Positions 49,941 to 62,645 of a stretch of 64,000 bases of DNA are shown here, piece after piece (position 1 is the stretch's first letter; every line of letters starts with the position of its first letter). The stretch spans positions 135,552,793 through 135,616,792 of the forward strand of contig NC_068981.1 in the NCBI RefSeq assembly GCF_001194135.2, given 5' to 3'. The position numbers and the translations under genes were made by a program. This DNA is from Octopus bimaculoides. Taxonomy: Eukaryota. The notes beneath the pieces are model-generated. The model made no database searches, was not told where the DNA came from, and worked only from the letters and a program-made list of their open reading frames with translations.

Positions 49941-50187
49941 AGACACTTGTTGGGGCCTTTTACTTCCGAAGTTCAATTATATTTTTTTCTTTCTAGACTA
50001 CAAAGTAGCAAGCACGAAAGTTACTTAGCGCTAGTTACAGATTTTCAACAGACCAGTTCCTGACGGTATGATTGACAAGGGAGTATCTCTAATTTTGTGC
50101 AGAACAAACATAGCAAGAAACTTCGTTCAAAGAGCATCAGTGTTTGAATTTTCTCGCTGATTTTTTTACATCGTTTACCGATATATA

Positions 50188-50578
50188 TTCTTTTATTCTT
50201 TTACTTATTTCAATCATTTGACTGCGGCCATGCTGGAGCACCACCTTTAGTCGAACAAATCGACCCCTGGACTTATTCTTTGTAAGTCTAGTACTTATTC
50301 TATCGGATTATTTTTGCCGAACTGCTAAGTTACAAGGGCGTAAACACACCAACGTCAGTTGTCAAGCGATGTTGGCGGGGACAAACACAGACACAGACAC
50401 ACACACACACACACACACACATGACGGGCTTCTTTCAGTTTCCGTCTACCAAGTCCACTCACAAGGCTTTAGTCGGCTCGAGGTTATAGTAGAAGACACT
50501 TGTCCAAGGTGCCACACAGTGGGCCTGAACCCGGAACCATGTGGTTGGTAAGCAAGCTACTTACCACACAAGCCTATG
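50188..50578 (-). mobile_element. SINE family A
   Basis: Near-complete match to 14075-14483. Confidence 0.9.
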
Positions 50579-51441
50579 CACACACACATGATGATTGCCT
50601 AATCTTGTCAAGTGATAAACTGAATCACTTTCAGCCCGATTGTTCTGATTTACTCACATCCTTGCACATGCGTGGATATACTTTATACAATACAAAGCGG
50701 ACCAAGAAATGAAATGAAATGATAGTGAGACGTCTGTATGCCATGAGATTTAAGTGACAAACGCTTGTACAACACTTTTGCCGCGCTCTCGGTCACCATA
50801 GTCGGTTTCAGTGACAAGCCTTGTCAAGTGACTGGTATTATTTTTCAGCGTTCTTTTCTCATAGAAGAGCTGCCTTCCTCACGATTTTGTCAAAAACATC
50901 AGAAGCTTCTTTGACCCTGGGAAATCTATTTAACCCATAGATAGGACTACCGTTCGGCGTCAGAACGGTCCTAAGAGTGATGGTAATTATGGGGCGACTT
51001 CACACTGCCAACAACTCTCGAACTCCCGAACTGGAGCCTCGCCAACGGATGTTGTTTAATGTCATACACATTCATACACATGACAATTACACATACATAC
51101 ACGCATGTGTATGTATGTATGTATGTATGTATGTATGTATGTATGTATGTATACACACCCACAAATCATGCTTCATTGAAGCTGAAAAACTTCACAAACT
51201 ATTTCTCACTTTCACTGTTTTGCACAAAAGTACTTTTATGTATGTGTGTGTAAGTATACGCACATATATACATATATGTACACACACACACATACTGAAT
51301 TGTCACTAATTGTGACTGAGGGTGCCGGGTAGCACCTATATTACTAGAAATAAGAGTTTAGAACCCTTAGAGCTGCAAGAAAGTACACTTTCATCTACTA
51401 ACAGGGGAAATAACCACTCCATAGCGAAGCTAGATCATTAT

Positions 51442-51483
51442 ACTAGACTAGTTTCGCCTGAAAATTACAAGCTCATCAGTAGT
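51442..51483 (-). ncRNA. Minimal type I hammerhead ribozyme (Penelope-associated type)
   Basis: Minus strand ACTA CTGATGA GCTTG TAATTTT CAGGC GAAAC TA GTC TAGT: intact core, 4-bp stem I, 5-bp stem II, palindromic ACTAGT stem III and a GUC site. Confidence 0.8.
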
Positions 51484-52537
51484 GACTATTTCATCGCTGG
51501 ATGGTTTGACTAAATCCTGGCTGTCAGTGTACATATTTACCATATGAATCTATGATTGATTCAGCAAAATGCAAATGTGAAAATTATAAAATAAAGAAGG
51601 CAGCTATATGCAATACANNNNNNNNNNNNNNNNNNNNNNNNNNNNNNNNNNNNNNNNNNNNNNNNNNNNNNNNNNNNNNNNNNNNNNNNNNNNNNNNNNN
51701 NNNNNNNNNNNNNNNNNNNNNNNNNNNNNNNNNNNNNNNNNNNNNNNNNNNNNNNNNNNNNNNNNNNNNNNNNNNNNNNNNNNNNNNNNNNNNNNNNNNN
51801 NNNNNNNNNNNNNNNNNNNNNNNNNNNNNNNNNNNNNNNNNNNNNNNNNNNNNNNNNNNNNNNNNNNNNNNNNNNNNNNNNNNNNNNNNNNNNNNNNNNN
51901 NNNNNNNNNNNNNNNNNNNNNNNNNNNNNNNNNNNNNNNNNNNNNNNNNNNNNNNNNNNNNNNNNNNNNNNNNNNNNNNNNNNNNNNNNNNNNNNNNNNN
52001 NNNNNNNNNNNNNNNNNNNNNNNNNNNNNNNNNNNNNNNNNNNNNNNNNNNNNNNNNNNNNNNNNNNNNNNNNNNNNNNNNNNNNNNNNNNNNNNNNNNN
52101 NNNNNNNNNNNNNNNNNNNNNNNNNNNNNNNNNNNNNNNNNNNNNNNNNNNNNNNNNNNNNNNNNNNNNNNNNNNNNNNNNNNNNNNNNNNNNNNNNNNN
52201 NNNNNNNNNNNNNNNNNNNNNNNNNNNNNNNNNNNNNNNNNNNNNNNNNNNNNNNNNNNNNNNNNNNNNNNNNNNNNNNNNNNNNNNNNNNNNNNNNNNN
52301 NNNNNNNNNNNNNNNNNNNNNNNNNNNNNNNNNNNNNNNNNNNNNNNNNNNNNNNNNNNNNNNNNNNNNNNNNNNNNNNNNNNNNNNNNNNNNNNNNNNN
52401 NNNNNNNNNNNNNNNNNNNNNNNNNNNNNNNNNNNNNNNNNNNNNNNNNNNNNNNNNNNNNNNNNNNNNNNNNNNNNNNNNNNNNNNNNNNNNNNNNNNN
52501 NNNNNNNNNNNNNNNNNNNNNNNNNNNNNNNNNNNNN

Positions 52538-52578
<41 letters not shown>

Positions 52579-54054
52579 CCAAAGAGAAGAGACATTAAAA
52601 ATACAGACAGAAGAAAGAAACGGAGAAGAAACAGGCCCTGTAACAGCAATATGAATAGAAAATATATAAACACGAGATTAATTATGGTTGGAAGTATCTC
52701 AAAAGAAATTGCTAAAATGTCTAAAATGCATTGACGTGCGAACTATTTTTTCTTCTCGAATTATTTCTCTTTTATTAAATAAAGTGAGAGAATAAGATAG
52801 AGATTTCATGTTTGATGATTTTTGACATGAAGGACATATGTTAAAGCAAATATAATTTCTTCGTGTTGTGGATTTTGAGGAGATTTGGCAAGAATACTGG
52901 CTCTTTATAATGAGAATGAAATTATATCTACATCACTGCAAATGGAATAGGAAATACACAGAATCACACACGCTCGCACGCACACACAGAGAGTATGCAA
53001 GTAGATGCGGACATATACACACGCGGAGCGTACAAACACACACACATACATACACAAACATCCATAATGACACATCACTCAGATATAGAGAAAACAGCGA
53101 GATATAGAAATGGATAAATGCATATAATTAAATATAGCTACACACGTACACACTTCTTCACATATATGCATATCTTTATGATATCTGTAATATATATATG
53201 ATATACATAATATATATNNNNNNNNNNNNNNNNNNNNNNNNNNNNNNNNNNNNNNNNNNNNNNNNNNNNNNNNNNNNNNNNNNNNNNNNNNNNNNNNNNN
53301 NNNNNNNNNNNNNNNNNNNNNNNNNNNNNNNNNNNNNNNNNNNNNNNNNNNNNNNNNNNNNNNNNNNNNNNNNNNNNNNNNNNNNNNNNNNNNNNNNNNN
53401 NNNNNNNNNNNNNNNNNNNNNNNNNNNNNNNNNNNNNNNNNNNNNNNNNNNNNNNNNNNNNNNNNNNNNNNNNNNNNNNNNNNNNNNNNNNNNNNNNNNN
53501 NNNNNNNNNNNNNNNNNNNNNNNNNNNNNNNNNNNNNNNNNNNNNNNNNNNNNNNNNNNNNNNNNNNNNNNNNNNNNNNNNNNNNNNNNNNNNNNNNNNN
53601 NNNNNNNNTATATATATGCACATTCCTAGGTAACACATACGTCCCACACTCATTCTTCCCCATACTAACATACGCATTTGAACAAAATGAAAATAAAATA
53701 CAGTAGAGAAATGGCGGAAAATACAGGAGGAAGAAGAGAAATGGAAGAAAGATAAGATGTCAAATGATAATAATTTGAAAAAAAAAAAAAAAAAAATGGA
53801 GTTTCTTATAATATTATTATGGATAACGTTGTTGATGCCAAAAGCTGAATAATTGCGCTCGTTGTTTGTTTCGACTGATATCAACTCTGATCCAGCAATG
53901 CTATGATCAAAGGTATTTCAGCTTTGACCATTCATTTATTTTTTTTTTGTCTGAAAGATAGTGCTACTCAGAACTATTTTATTGAATGTGTCCATCAAGT
54001 TTTCTTGGAGAAGGTGTCCTTGGCATGTACGTATGAATGTATATATATATATGA

Positions 54055-54239
54055 TCGCTGTGTGGTTAAGAAGCTCGCTTAAAAATCGAGTGGTTTCCGG
54101 TTAAGTCCCGCTGCGTGACACTTCGGGAGAGTATCTTCTACTTTAGTCCCGGGTCACCAAATGCCTCGCGTGTGAATTTGGTTGACGGAAACTGTGTGGA
54201 AGCCTATGGCATGTATGTATGTATGTATTTATTTATGTA

Positions 54240-54300
<61 letters not shown>

Positions 54301-54507
54301 NNNNNNNNNNGTATTCTTGCACAAATCATTTTCTTTTACGTTTCTTCTCATTCAGCTGCCAAAATTGACTGACGGGAGATCTGTCCAGTGGGGAATATAT
54401 TCGCCATAGAATGCAGGGAAAAGACTTTATGAACCTATGGCTCAAGAAGGACCTTTAATTCTTTGCTCCAGCATTACTGCAGTCAAATGACTGAAGCATC
54501 TAAAAGC
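54055..54507 (+). mobile_element. SINE family A, degenerate
   Basis: GCTGTGTGGTTAAGAAGCTCGC head, GACGGAAACTG core, (GT)n and a GCAGTCAAATGACTGAA tail. Confidence 0.7.
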
Positions 54508-54830
54508 CCCTGTGCTATCCGCCCACTATAAAAATAGATCTCAGGACACATAACATCATTACGTCACAACTACTTTACCTCAACCGGTCCAGCTCTCTTT
54601 AATACCATACCAAAATACGTCATAACGGAAACGGATCCCATAAAATTCAAAAGTTCACTGGACAAATTTCTTCAAAAAGTCCCGGACCAACCTCCTGCAC
54701 CCGGATATGTCTCCAACAATGACTTTTTGCTAGAGTGGACTATGGTGCCCCATATATGACTAAAAGACATCACCGGGTGGTGCTATTAAGTTAGACATGG
54801 TCTGGGCCTATACTGGCCGAAAATCCTTCT
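54508..54830 (+). mobile_element. LINE 3' end remnant (CR1/L2/Jockey-group RT C-terminus)
   Basis: LRHNYFTSTGPALFNTIPKYVITETDPIKFKSSLDKFLQKVPDQPPAPGY matches the GP.LFN.LP...FK..LDKFL..VPD.P pattern; stops upstream. Confidence 0.7.
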
Positions 54831-55499
54831 CTAATTCCCTTTTTCTCCCCCTTTCTCCTTCACCGTTTGCTATCTGTCTATCTCTCTCTCTCCTCTTTCT
54901 CTTTCTCTCTCTCTCCTCTTTCTCTTTCTCTTTCTCTCCTCTTTCTCTTTCTCTCTCTCTCCTCTTTCTCTTTCTCTCTCTCTCCTCTTTCTCTTTCTCT
55001 CTCTCTATCTTGTTGCTCGTACGTAATCATCATCTATCTTTCTTTTCCTAACGTGACCATCTTTCTTTTCCTCACGTGACCATCTTTCTTTTCCTTCACG
55101 GACGTTCAAAAGAACGGACGTTTTTTTTTTAGTCTCTTCTATCTTATCTCTTTTCAAAAAGATGTTTCTTACAGGTCCACTATTTTCCTCTCGTTCTGGT
55201 CTAACGACCCTCCATGTTTGTTTTCGTTCGGTTTCCTTGTATGTCTCCACTGTCAGGTATTTGTTTCTAACTTTGACCCTCCATAAATCCTAAATTTTAT
55301 TTTAGAATTTATGGGAGCAACTGCCTTTGGAGACTCATATTGTCGTTGAATGCTCGAAATGAAGAGTAGATAGACAGCCGACAATTGATGAAGGGTCCTT
55401 TCTCTGTGTTTACTTGTCTTGTTTTCCATTTTTCTCGTTGTTTAGTATTTCATGTTGTTTGAACCGATGGTGACGTCCTGTACCCATATATGCATATAT

Positions 55500-55850
55500 A
55501 TATATACAAATAATAAATGAGTATATGCATATATACGTACATGTATGTACATACCTACATCTACCTGTATATATAGATGCATATCTGGGTACAGGACGTT
55601 GCAAACAAAACAGACAAAATGAGGAACAGAGTACAGAAAACACAGGCTACATAGAGAACATTTCCTTCATCATCTGCCACCATTCTAACACTGGTGTTTC
55701 GAAGAGTTAGGACAGGACACATCGTTAAAACGGCTCTTCCAACGGACCACAAATTAAATTTGTACCATGGAGGAATGTAGTGGCGGACAGAAAACAAGAC
55801 AGGAAAACGAAACAGTAAAATAAACAAAAAAGGCTATACGGCCAGACGTG
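55500..55850 (-). mobile_element. Family H repeat, copy 2, joined tail-to-tail with a divergent + strand relative (~55320-55500)
   Basis: Homology to 28790 and 61248; TGACGTCCTGTACCCATATATGCAT (55452-55476 region) is the inverted counterpart of ATGCATATCTGGGTACAGGACGT. Confidence 0.7.
55661..55724 (-). ncRNA. Candidate rearranged hammerhead, core-mutated copy
   Basis: GT GTC CTGTCC TAA CTCTTC GAAAC AC ... TGGCAG ATGATGA AGGAAA; the C3 position is A. Confidence 0.3.
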
Positions 55851-55880
55851 AAAAATTGTGTATATTGAAACCCAGAACCA

Positions 55881-56984
55881 CTTAAGAGTGAAATTTAGGA
55901 TTTCTCAATTTTCTGTGAATCGATTTTGATAAAACTTTTCCCAGCTGGTTTTCACACTGTGGCAACACCATTGTTATGTTTTCATTATTCTGTGTAGCGT
56001 CCTTTCTTTTTTATTTCAGATTTTTCAGTTTTTGGGTGAATCACGCTAATAGTTTTTGAATGAAAGTAGCCCATCTAGACATTTTCTTTTCAGAAAATGA
56101 AGAGCAACAATACTTATTAAGCATACAGTGAGTATATATTTAACAGAAAACCATAATAATATTATAGTATTTATTGACATAATGAATTATTTAGCCACAA
56201 GAGCGCCATTTTGACGGATAACTTCAAAAATTCTATTAGTCATGGAATCTGTCAATTTCTTAATAATAGCAAGCTGGACTACCTCTTCTGCAGCTTTGAT
56301 GGTGCCCATAAGACATCGTTCGACGTAAATTGGCGCCCATCGGCATAAACATTTTGATAATGATTTCGTCAGTGAACAGAACACAACTCATGTCCTTGTC
56401 ATGTACTTTTGGGCCCATTGAAGCCTTAAACTCCTGTGAGGAGGCGTTAAAGGAGGCAGTTTCAGGGGTTCTCGTACGGATGCCATGGTCCCGAGGATGC
56501 TATTTCTGGTGGTCTTCGGTAATGAAGAAGTCCGGAAACGGGGAAATGGCTTTGCTTGTTTGTCCTGCGGCCAATATTCCTTAAATCCCTAGCTGTCACA
56601 GTCTTGGAGGTTCTACAATCGGATCGTTTCTTCCTTGGCGAAGGGTCCTTTAGGAATCGTCTAACCGTGTCCACATGATGACCTAACTACTCCACAATGA
56701 CATGAAGAGAGCTGCCTTTAGCACTTTCCTTGATGATGATAGACTTTTCGTCAGCGTTAAGGCCTTTTCCACGTCCCATTGTTCTTAGAGAGGGGAGACG
56801 CTATTAGAGTGGTTCATCCCAAAACTGAAGAATCTGAAATAAAAAAAGAAAGGACGCTACACAAAATAACGAAAGCATAACAATGGTGTTGCTATAGTGT
56901 GTAAACTAGCTGGAAAAAGTTTTATCAAAATCGATTCACAGAAAACCGAGAAATCCTAAATTTCACACCTAAGCTATTAGTGTG
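55881..56984 (-). mobile_element. Internally deleted Tc1-family element with ~170-bp IR/DR-type TIRs
   Basis: 55881-56052 is an inverted match to ~56800-56973; a CAC.CTAATAG motif occurs at the inner and outer ends of the TIR. Confidence 0.85.
56187..56779 (-). pseudogene. Tc1 transposase remnant (N-terminal HTH to the first catalytic D, fused to the C-terminus)
   Basis: MGRGKGLNADEKSIIIKE...HVDTVRRFLKDPSPRKKRSD...PLKLPPLTPPHRSLRLQWAQKYM...VLFTDE, then a jump to KKLTDSMTNRIFEVIRQNG; stops and frameshifts. Confidence 0.85.
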
Positions 56985-57001
56985 TGGTTGTGTGTGTGTA
57001 T

Positions 57002-57034
<33 letters not shown>

Positions 57035-57070
57035 CATCTCTCTCTCTTTTCTCTCTCTCTNNNNNNNNNN

Positions 57071-57111
<41 letters not shown>

Positions 57112-58156
57112 GGCTCAGGCGTGGGTGTGTGGTAAGAATAGGCGCAGGCAACTGGGTGACTTATAATTAAATTTCTTAATTGATTAAATACTTTAATGAC
57201 ATTTCGATCTATCTTATGTAATAGTGTAATTTAAGAATAATGCTTTTTTAGCATCTAGTTTAAAGTAGTCATATCGAAATATCGTTGAAGCTAACTAACG
57301 GATATTTTGCTTTTGTTTTTTTTCAACACATTACACACGCACGCGCACACATGCATTAAAGTTTGCATTTACATATACATAAGTAACAGTTGCTGAAACG
57401 CACATTTCTGAGTCTATTAAGGGTCAAACAACACATCAAAATGTAACTCCTTTCTATCAAATTCTTCCTCTGATGGAATACCCAATTAACGATATTCGAT
57501 ATGGATATTTAATTTAATTTATTTTAACGTAATTTCTCCAATTGATTCAATTGGGCTTGAAAACAGCTGTAGGTGAAATTGAGTTTGATATTGTTCAGAA
57601 TTGTAATATGTTCTAATAAATTGAATATATATGTCAGTTTCTTCATTTTCTTTTTTCACACATAAAAATAATATATGATAAACTCTCATGCGTCATTAGA
57701 CCACGTATGAGGAGGGTTCGACAATTTCTTACCAAATAACCACAAAGATGATTTGTTTATAGTGATCAAATGTTTGTGTAGACATAAACTCACTCCCTGC
57801 ATCAGATCGACATTACCTGTATAGGTACAACAGGTACCACATGTTAGATGTCGAAATGATCGCAGAGCAACGTGAAATGAAGTACTTTGCTCAAGAACAC
57901 AACGCAACGCAACGCCCGGTCTGAGAATCGAAATCACGATCTCGCAGTCGAGAGTAAAACACCCTAACCATTAAGCCATGCACCTTCATGCATATATAAT
58001 ATATGTGTATGTATGTATGTATGTATGTATGTATGTATGTATGTATGTATGTATGTATGTATGTATGTATGTGTGTGTATATATGTATATATGTATGCAT
58101 GTGTGAGTATTGATGAGTAGTATATTACTTGATAGGCATATAACTAGTCAGAATGT

Positions 58157-58157
58157 A

Positions 58158-58244
<87 letters not shown>

Positions 58245-58256
58245 ACTACTACTACT
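58157..58256. repeat. (CTA)n(CTG)n(CTA)n compound trinucleotide
   Basis: Directly visible. Confidence 0.95.
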
Positions 58257-58803
58257 TTTGTACCGCAAAGAGTAAGGATCTGTCCTCCTACTCCTACCCG
58301 CTCTTTTTAACACCTATCTACATAACCTTCTTAAACCTTTTCAAAACAAATACACAACTTCATACATGCACAAATGACATTTCAACAGTTGCCTCCTTCC
58401 AGTTTATTAACCCCTAAACACAGCTACACAGCTGTTAGAATTACACGCCTCGAATGAGATAAGTTCAGGTGAGCAGTGTACTGTCGTACGTTGACAGAGG
58501 CCATCTTGCCTAGCTCCGTTCTGTCCACGACCAGTAAAATATTTTAGAATCGTCGTGTTACTTGTATCACAGTGATTTACTCATTGAACAGCTGTTGAGG
58601 ATTGGACAAGTAGATACAACATTATGTATTCATGTATATAGCTCATTTAACATTTAAAGACGATTTACAAGAGAAAGTTGAATTTGGCAAGGAGAATTGA
58701 GTAAGTATATAAAGTGATAGATATATAGGCAGAGTCAGAAATATATATATATGTTTGTATGTATGTATGTATGTGTGTGCGTGTGTGTATATATATATAT
58801 GTA

Positions 58804-58841
<38 letters not shown>

Positions 58842-58990
58842 AGGAGTGAGAGGGAGAGAGGAGAGAGAAAATGAATGAGTGAGAGATGATGCGAGAGAAG
58901 GGTAAAAAGAAAGCAAATGAAAATGAGAAGACAGTGAGAAACAGGGAAGGGGAGAGAGAGGGGGGGGGAGAAATAGAGGATTAGATAGAA

Positions 58991-59022
<32 letters not shown>

Positions 59023-59173
59023 TGAGGGAGAGTGAGAGAAAGGGAGAAGTAGTGAGACAAAGATACGAGAAAGCGAGAGAAAGAATTAGGAGGGAAACAG
59101 AAACTGTTGGCTGTAAATGAATGTGATTTTGAAAGAAAAATGAAAGAGAAGAGAGAAGGGTAACTGAAACGGT

Positions 59174-59401
59174 TCTTTTCTTTTATTTGTTTCAGTCTTT
59201 TCTTTTATTCTTTTATTTGTTTCTTTTATTCTTTTATTTGTGTACAGCCCTACTAGAGCACCGCCTTTAGTCGAGCAAATCGACCCCAGGACTTATTCTT
59301 TGTAAGTCTAGTACTTACTCTATCGGTCTCTTTTGCAGAATCGCTAGATATTGGAGATGTAAACACATCAGCCTCGGTTGTCAACGATGTTGGGTGGACA
59401 A

Positions 59402-59448
<47 letters not shown>

Positions 59449-59592
59449 CATATACACACATATATTTATATACGACGGGCTTTTTTCAGTTTCCGTTTTG
59501 TCAAATACACTCGCAAGACTTGCCCAAGGTGCAAAGCAGTGGGAACCATGTGGTTGGTAAGCAAGCCACTTACTACACAGCCACTCCTGCGC
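59174..59592 (-). mobile_element. SINE family A with a reiterated tail
   Basis: Family consensus; TTCTTTTATTTG repeated at the tail. Confidence 0.8.
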
Positions 59593-61247
59593 CGGTTGTG
59601 AATTTTACATCTCTTCTGACTGAATAACAAATGTAACTGGAATATTGAAGACAGCATAAATGTAAGAGAAAATAGTGTTGTTTGAGAGAAAAAAACGACG
59701 AAATAGAGGGAGGGAGCGATAGAAAGAAAGAGAAAGAGAGAGGGGGAGAGAAGAGAGAGAGAGAGAGAGCGAGAGGAAAGATACGTCTGACGATTGCAAC
59801 AGTCTCTAATATTTTGTTTACTTCTTTCAATCATAGGTATGCGGCCATACTGGAATATCACCTTCAAGGTTTTTTTCTTTTCTTTTAGTTGATCAAATTG
59901 ACTCCAACACTTGTACCTTTAAATCTGATAAGTTAGTTTTGAAGGAATCTTGTTAACCACACAGCTATGCCTACAACTCTTTAAGCGTCTAACTTGACAG
60001 CACAATTATCGAAATAGATCTTATGCCTAAGAAATATTTACAAGTTGTCCATTATATCGTGCACTTTGTATGAAAACCTCTATGCACTAAATATTTGCAA
60101 TATAATTGATTGCATTATGAGATAGGATTTGAAATATTTATCATCTCTTTCCTCAGGAAATAGAATACTCCAGAAATATTAATTAATAGCAATTATTCAC
60201 ACAAGAGAATTACTAAGTACAATTTTCGATTACATTCATTATTTGATTCAGCGTAGATTTTCCTCCCTTCGGTACATGGTAAAATAACTTATTCATTTCT
60301 CCTCGCCTTGAGGGTTTTGTTTACTGACCCGATTTCTGTGTCTATCCAACAACATCGCCATTACAATTCCCCCTTGGGAGCGTTGAATCAATATCTGTAA
60401 TTTTTGTTTCAATAGATATTTTGCATCATGCCTAGTAATGTAGATTGTGTTATCTCCTTAGTAAATTTAAATATGTGTGCATGCATAATTAAATGGTTCT
60501 GTTCTTTTATTCTTTTATTTGTGGTTTTAGTCGAAGAAATCGACCCCAGTACTTATTCTTTGTAAGCCTAGTACTTATTCCATCGTTTTTTTTTGCTGAA
60601 CTGCTAATTTACGGGGACATAAACACACCAGCATCGGTTGTCAAGCGATAGCGGGGGAACACGCACACACACACACACACACACACNNNNNNNNNNNNNN
60701 NNNNNNNNNNNNNNNNNNNNNNNNNNNNNNNNNNNNNNNNNNNNNNNNNNNNNNNNNNNNNNNNNNNNNNNNNNNNNNNNNNNNNNNNNNNNNNNNNNNN
60801 NNNNNNNNNNNNNNNNNNNNNNNNNNNNNNNNNNNNNNNNNNNNNNNNNNNNNNNNNNNNNNNNNNNNNNNNNNNNNNNNNNNNNNNNNNNNNNNNNNNN
60901 NNNNNNNNNNNNNNNNNNNNNNNNNNNNNNNNNNNNNNNNNNNNNNNNNNNNNNNNNNNNNNNNNNNNNNNNNNNNNNNNNNNNNNNNNNNNNNNNNNNN
61001 NNNNNNNNNNNNNNNNNNNNNNNNNNNNNNNNNNNNNNNNNNNNNNNNNNNNNNNNNNNNNNNNNNNNNNNNNNNNNNNNNNNNNNNNNNNNNNNNNNNN
61101 NNNNNNNNNNNNNNNNNNNNNNNNNNNNNNNNNNNNNNNNNNNNNNNNNNNNNNNNNNNNNNNNNNNNNNNNNNNNNNNNNNNNNNNNNNNNNNNNNNNN
61201 NNNNNNNNNNNNNNNNNNNNNNNNNNNNATATATATATATATATATA

Positions 61248-61921
61248 ATACAAATAATATGTGAGTATATGCATATATACGTACATGTATGTACATACCT
61301 ACATCTACATGTATATATAGATGCATATCTGGGTACAGGACGTCACAAAAAAAAACGTGGACAAAATGAAAAACGAGAACATAAGCAAAGCACGGAAAAC
61401 AAACTTTTTTTCGGACAACGATAGGAACACTCAGGAAAACAGACAGGCCACATAGAGAACATTTCCTTCATCAGCTGCCCCTATTCTAAACTAAGCGTTT
61501 CGAAGAGTTAGGGCAGGACGCATTGTTAGAATAGCTCTTCCCGAAAAGCAAATTAAATTTGTGATGCGGAGGAACTAAGTGGCAAACAGAAAACACGACA
61601 GGGAAAACAAAACAGTGAAAAGAAACATGAAGGGCTGTTAGGCCAGACGAGGAAAAAAATATATACTGAACACTGTGATTTGACGAACTTGAGAGAGAAA
61701 AAAGGGGGGGAAGTTGAACATAGGTGAGCAACGAGAGACAGGGAGAAAGAGTGAGAGAGAGATATAGTAGTGAAGGGGAGAGGCGAAGAACAACAGACGG
61801 AAGAACGAGAGGGGTAGAAAGATACAAAGATAGAGTGCGCGTCAGAAATATAAAGTTAAAACTTACTTGCAAAAAGGACGCGTGCGTTCGATCATATAAG
61901 AATACAAATAATATGTGAGTA

Positions 61922-61922
<1 letters not shown>
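61248..61922 (-). mobile_element. Family H repeat, copy 3 (longest), with terminal direct repeats
   Basis: ATACAAATAATATGTGAGTA at both ~61248 and ~61902; internal GA-rich stretch; hammerhead-like core at 61461-61525. Confidence 0.7.
61461..61525 (-). ncRNA. Candidate non-circularly permuted hammerhead ribozyme (best copy)
   Basis: CAAT GC GTC CTGCCC TAA CTCTTC GAAAC GC TTAGTTTAGAATAG GGGCAG CTGATGA AGGAAAT: 4-bp stem III, 6-bp stem I, intact core bases; stem II at most 3 bp after an extra A. Confidence 0.45.
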
Positions 61923-61956
<34 letters not shown>

Positions 61957-62613
61957 NNNNNNNNNNGATACAGTCATAATATTTGAAGAAAAATTTTCTT
62001 ACATAAAAAAATCATTGATTATTTAAAAAAGCAGAATAGTACAAATCTTTTAGAAGGGAATTTTGATTCGAAATCTTCCTTCCAAAATATTCAAGTTATT
62101 CTGTCTTTTTTTAAAGATCACTTTACATAATGAAAATTTTTTAATTTGAGAAAATTTTCCTTCAAGTATGTATGTATGTATGTATGTATGTATGTATGTA
62201 TGTATGCATGTATGTATGTATGTATGTATGCATGTATGTATGTATGTATCTATCTATCTATCTATCTATCTTCTGTTGAGGTATGGTCTTGGCTGTTTCA
62301 AGAGTTTCCGTTTAATTTTGTATGATTCGTAAAAAATTTGCTTAAATTCAAAAAGTGAGGGTTTAGTTAGTGGCTTCATGATAGAAAATTCGTGTTGGAA
62401 ACGTGAGCTTTCTCCCTTGTTGACTAATGAACATAATACGTACATAAACTGACCGAATTTGCGACTCAGCTGGGATCGTTCAAAAAAAGATAACTCTTTC
62501 TCTCCCAGAATAGGTTTTCGTTTCTAAAACTTATATATAATATTTATTCAAGGTTCAAGGAAGTAGGATCGAATTCGTGCTTTATGATTTTAAGTGAACT
62601 TCTTAACTATTCG

Positions 62614-62645
<32 letters not shown>

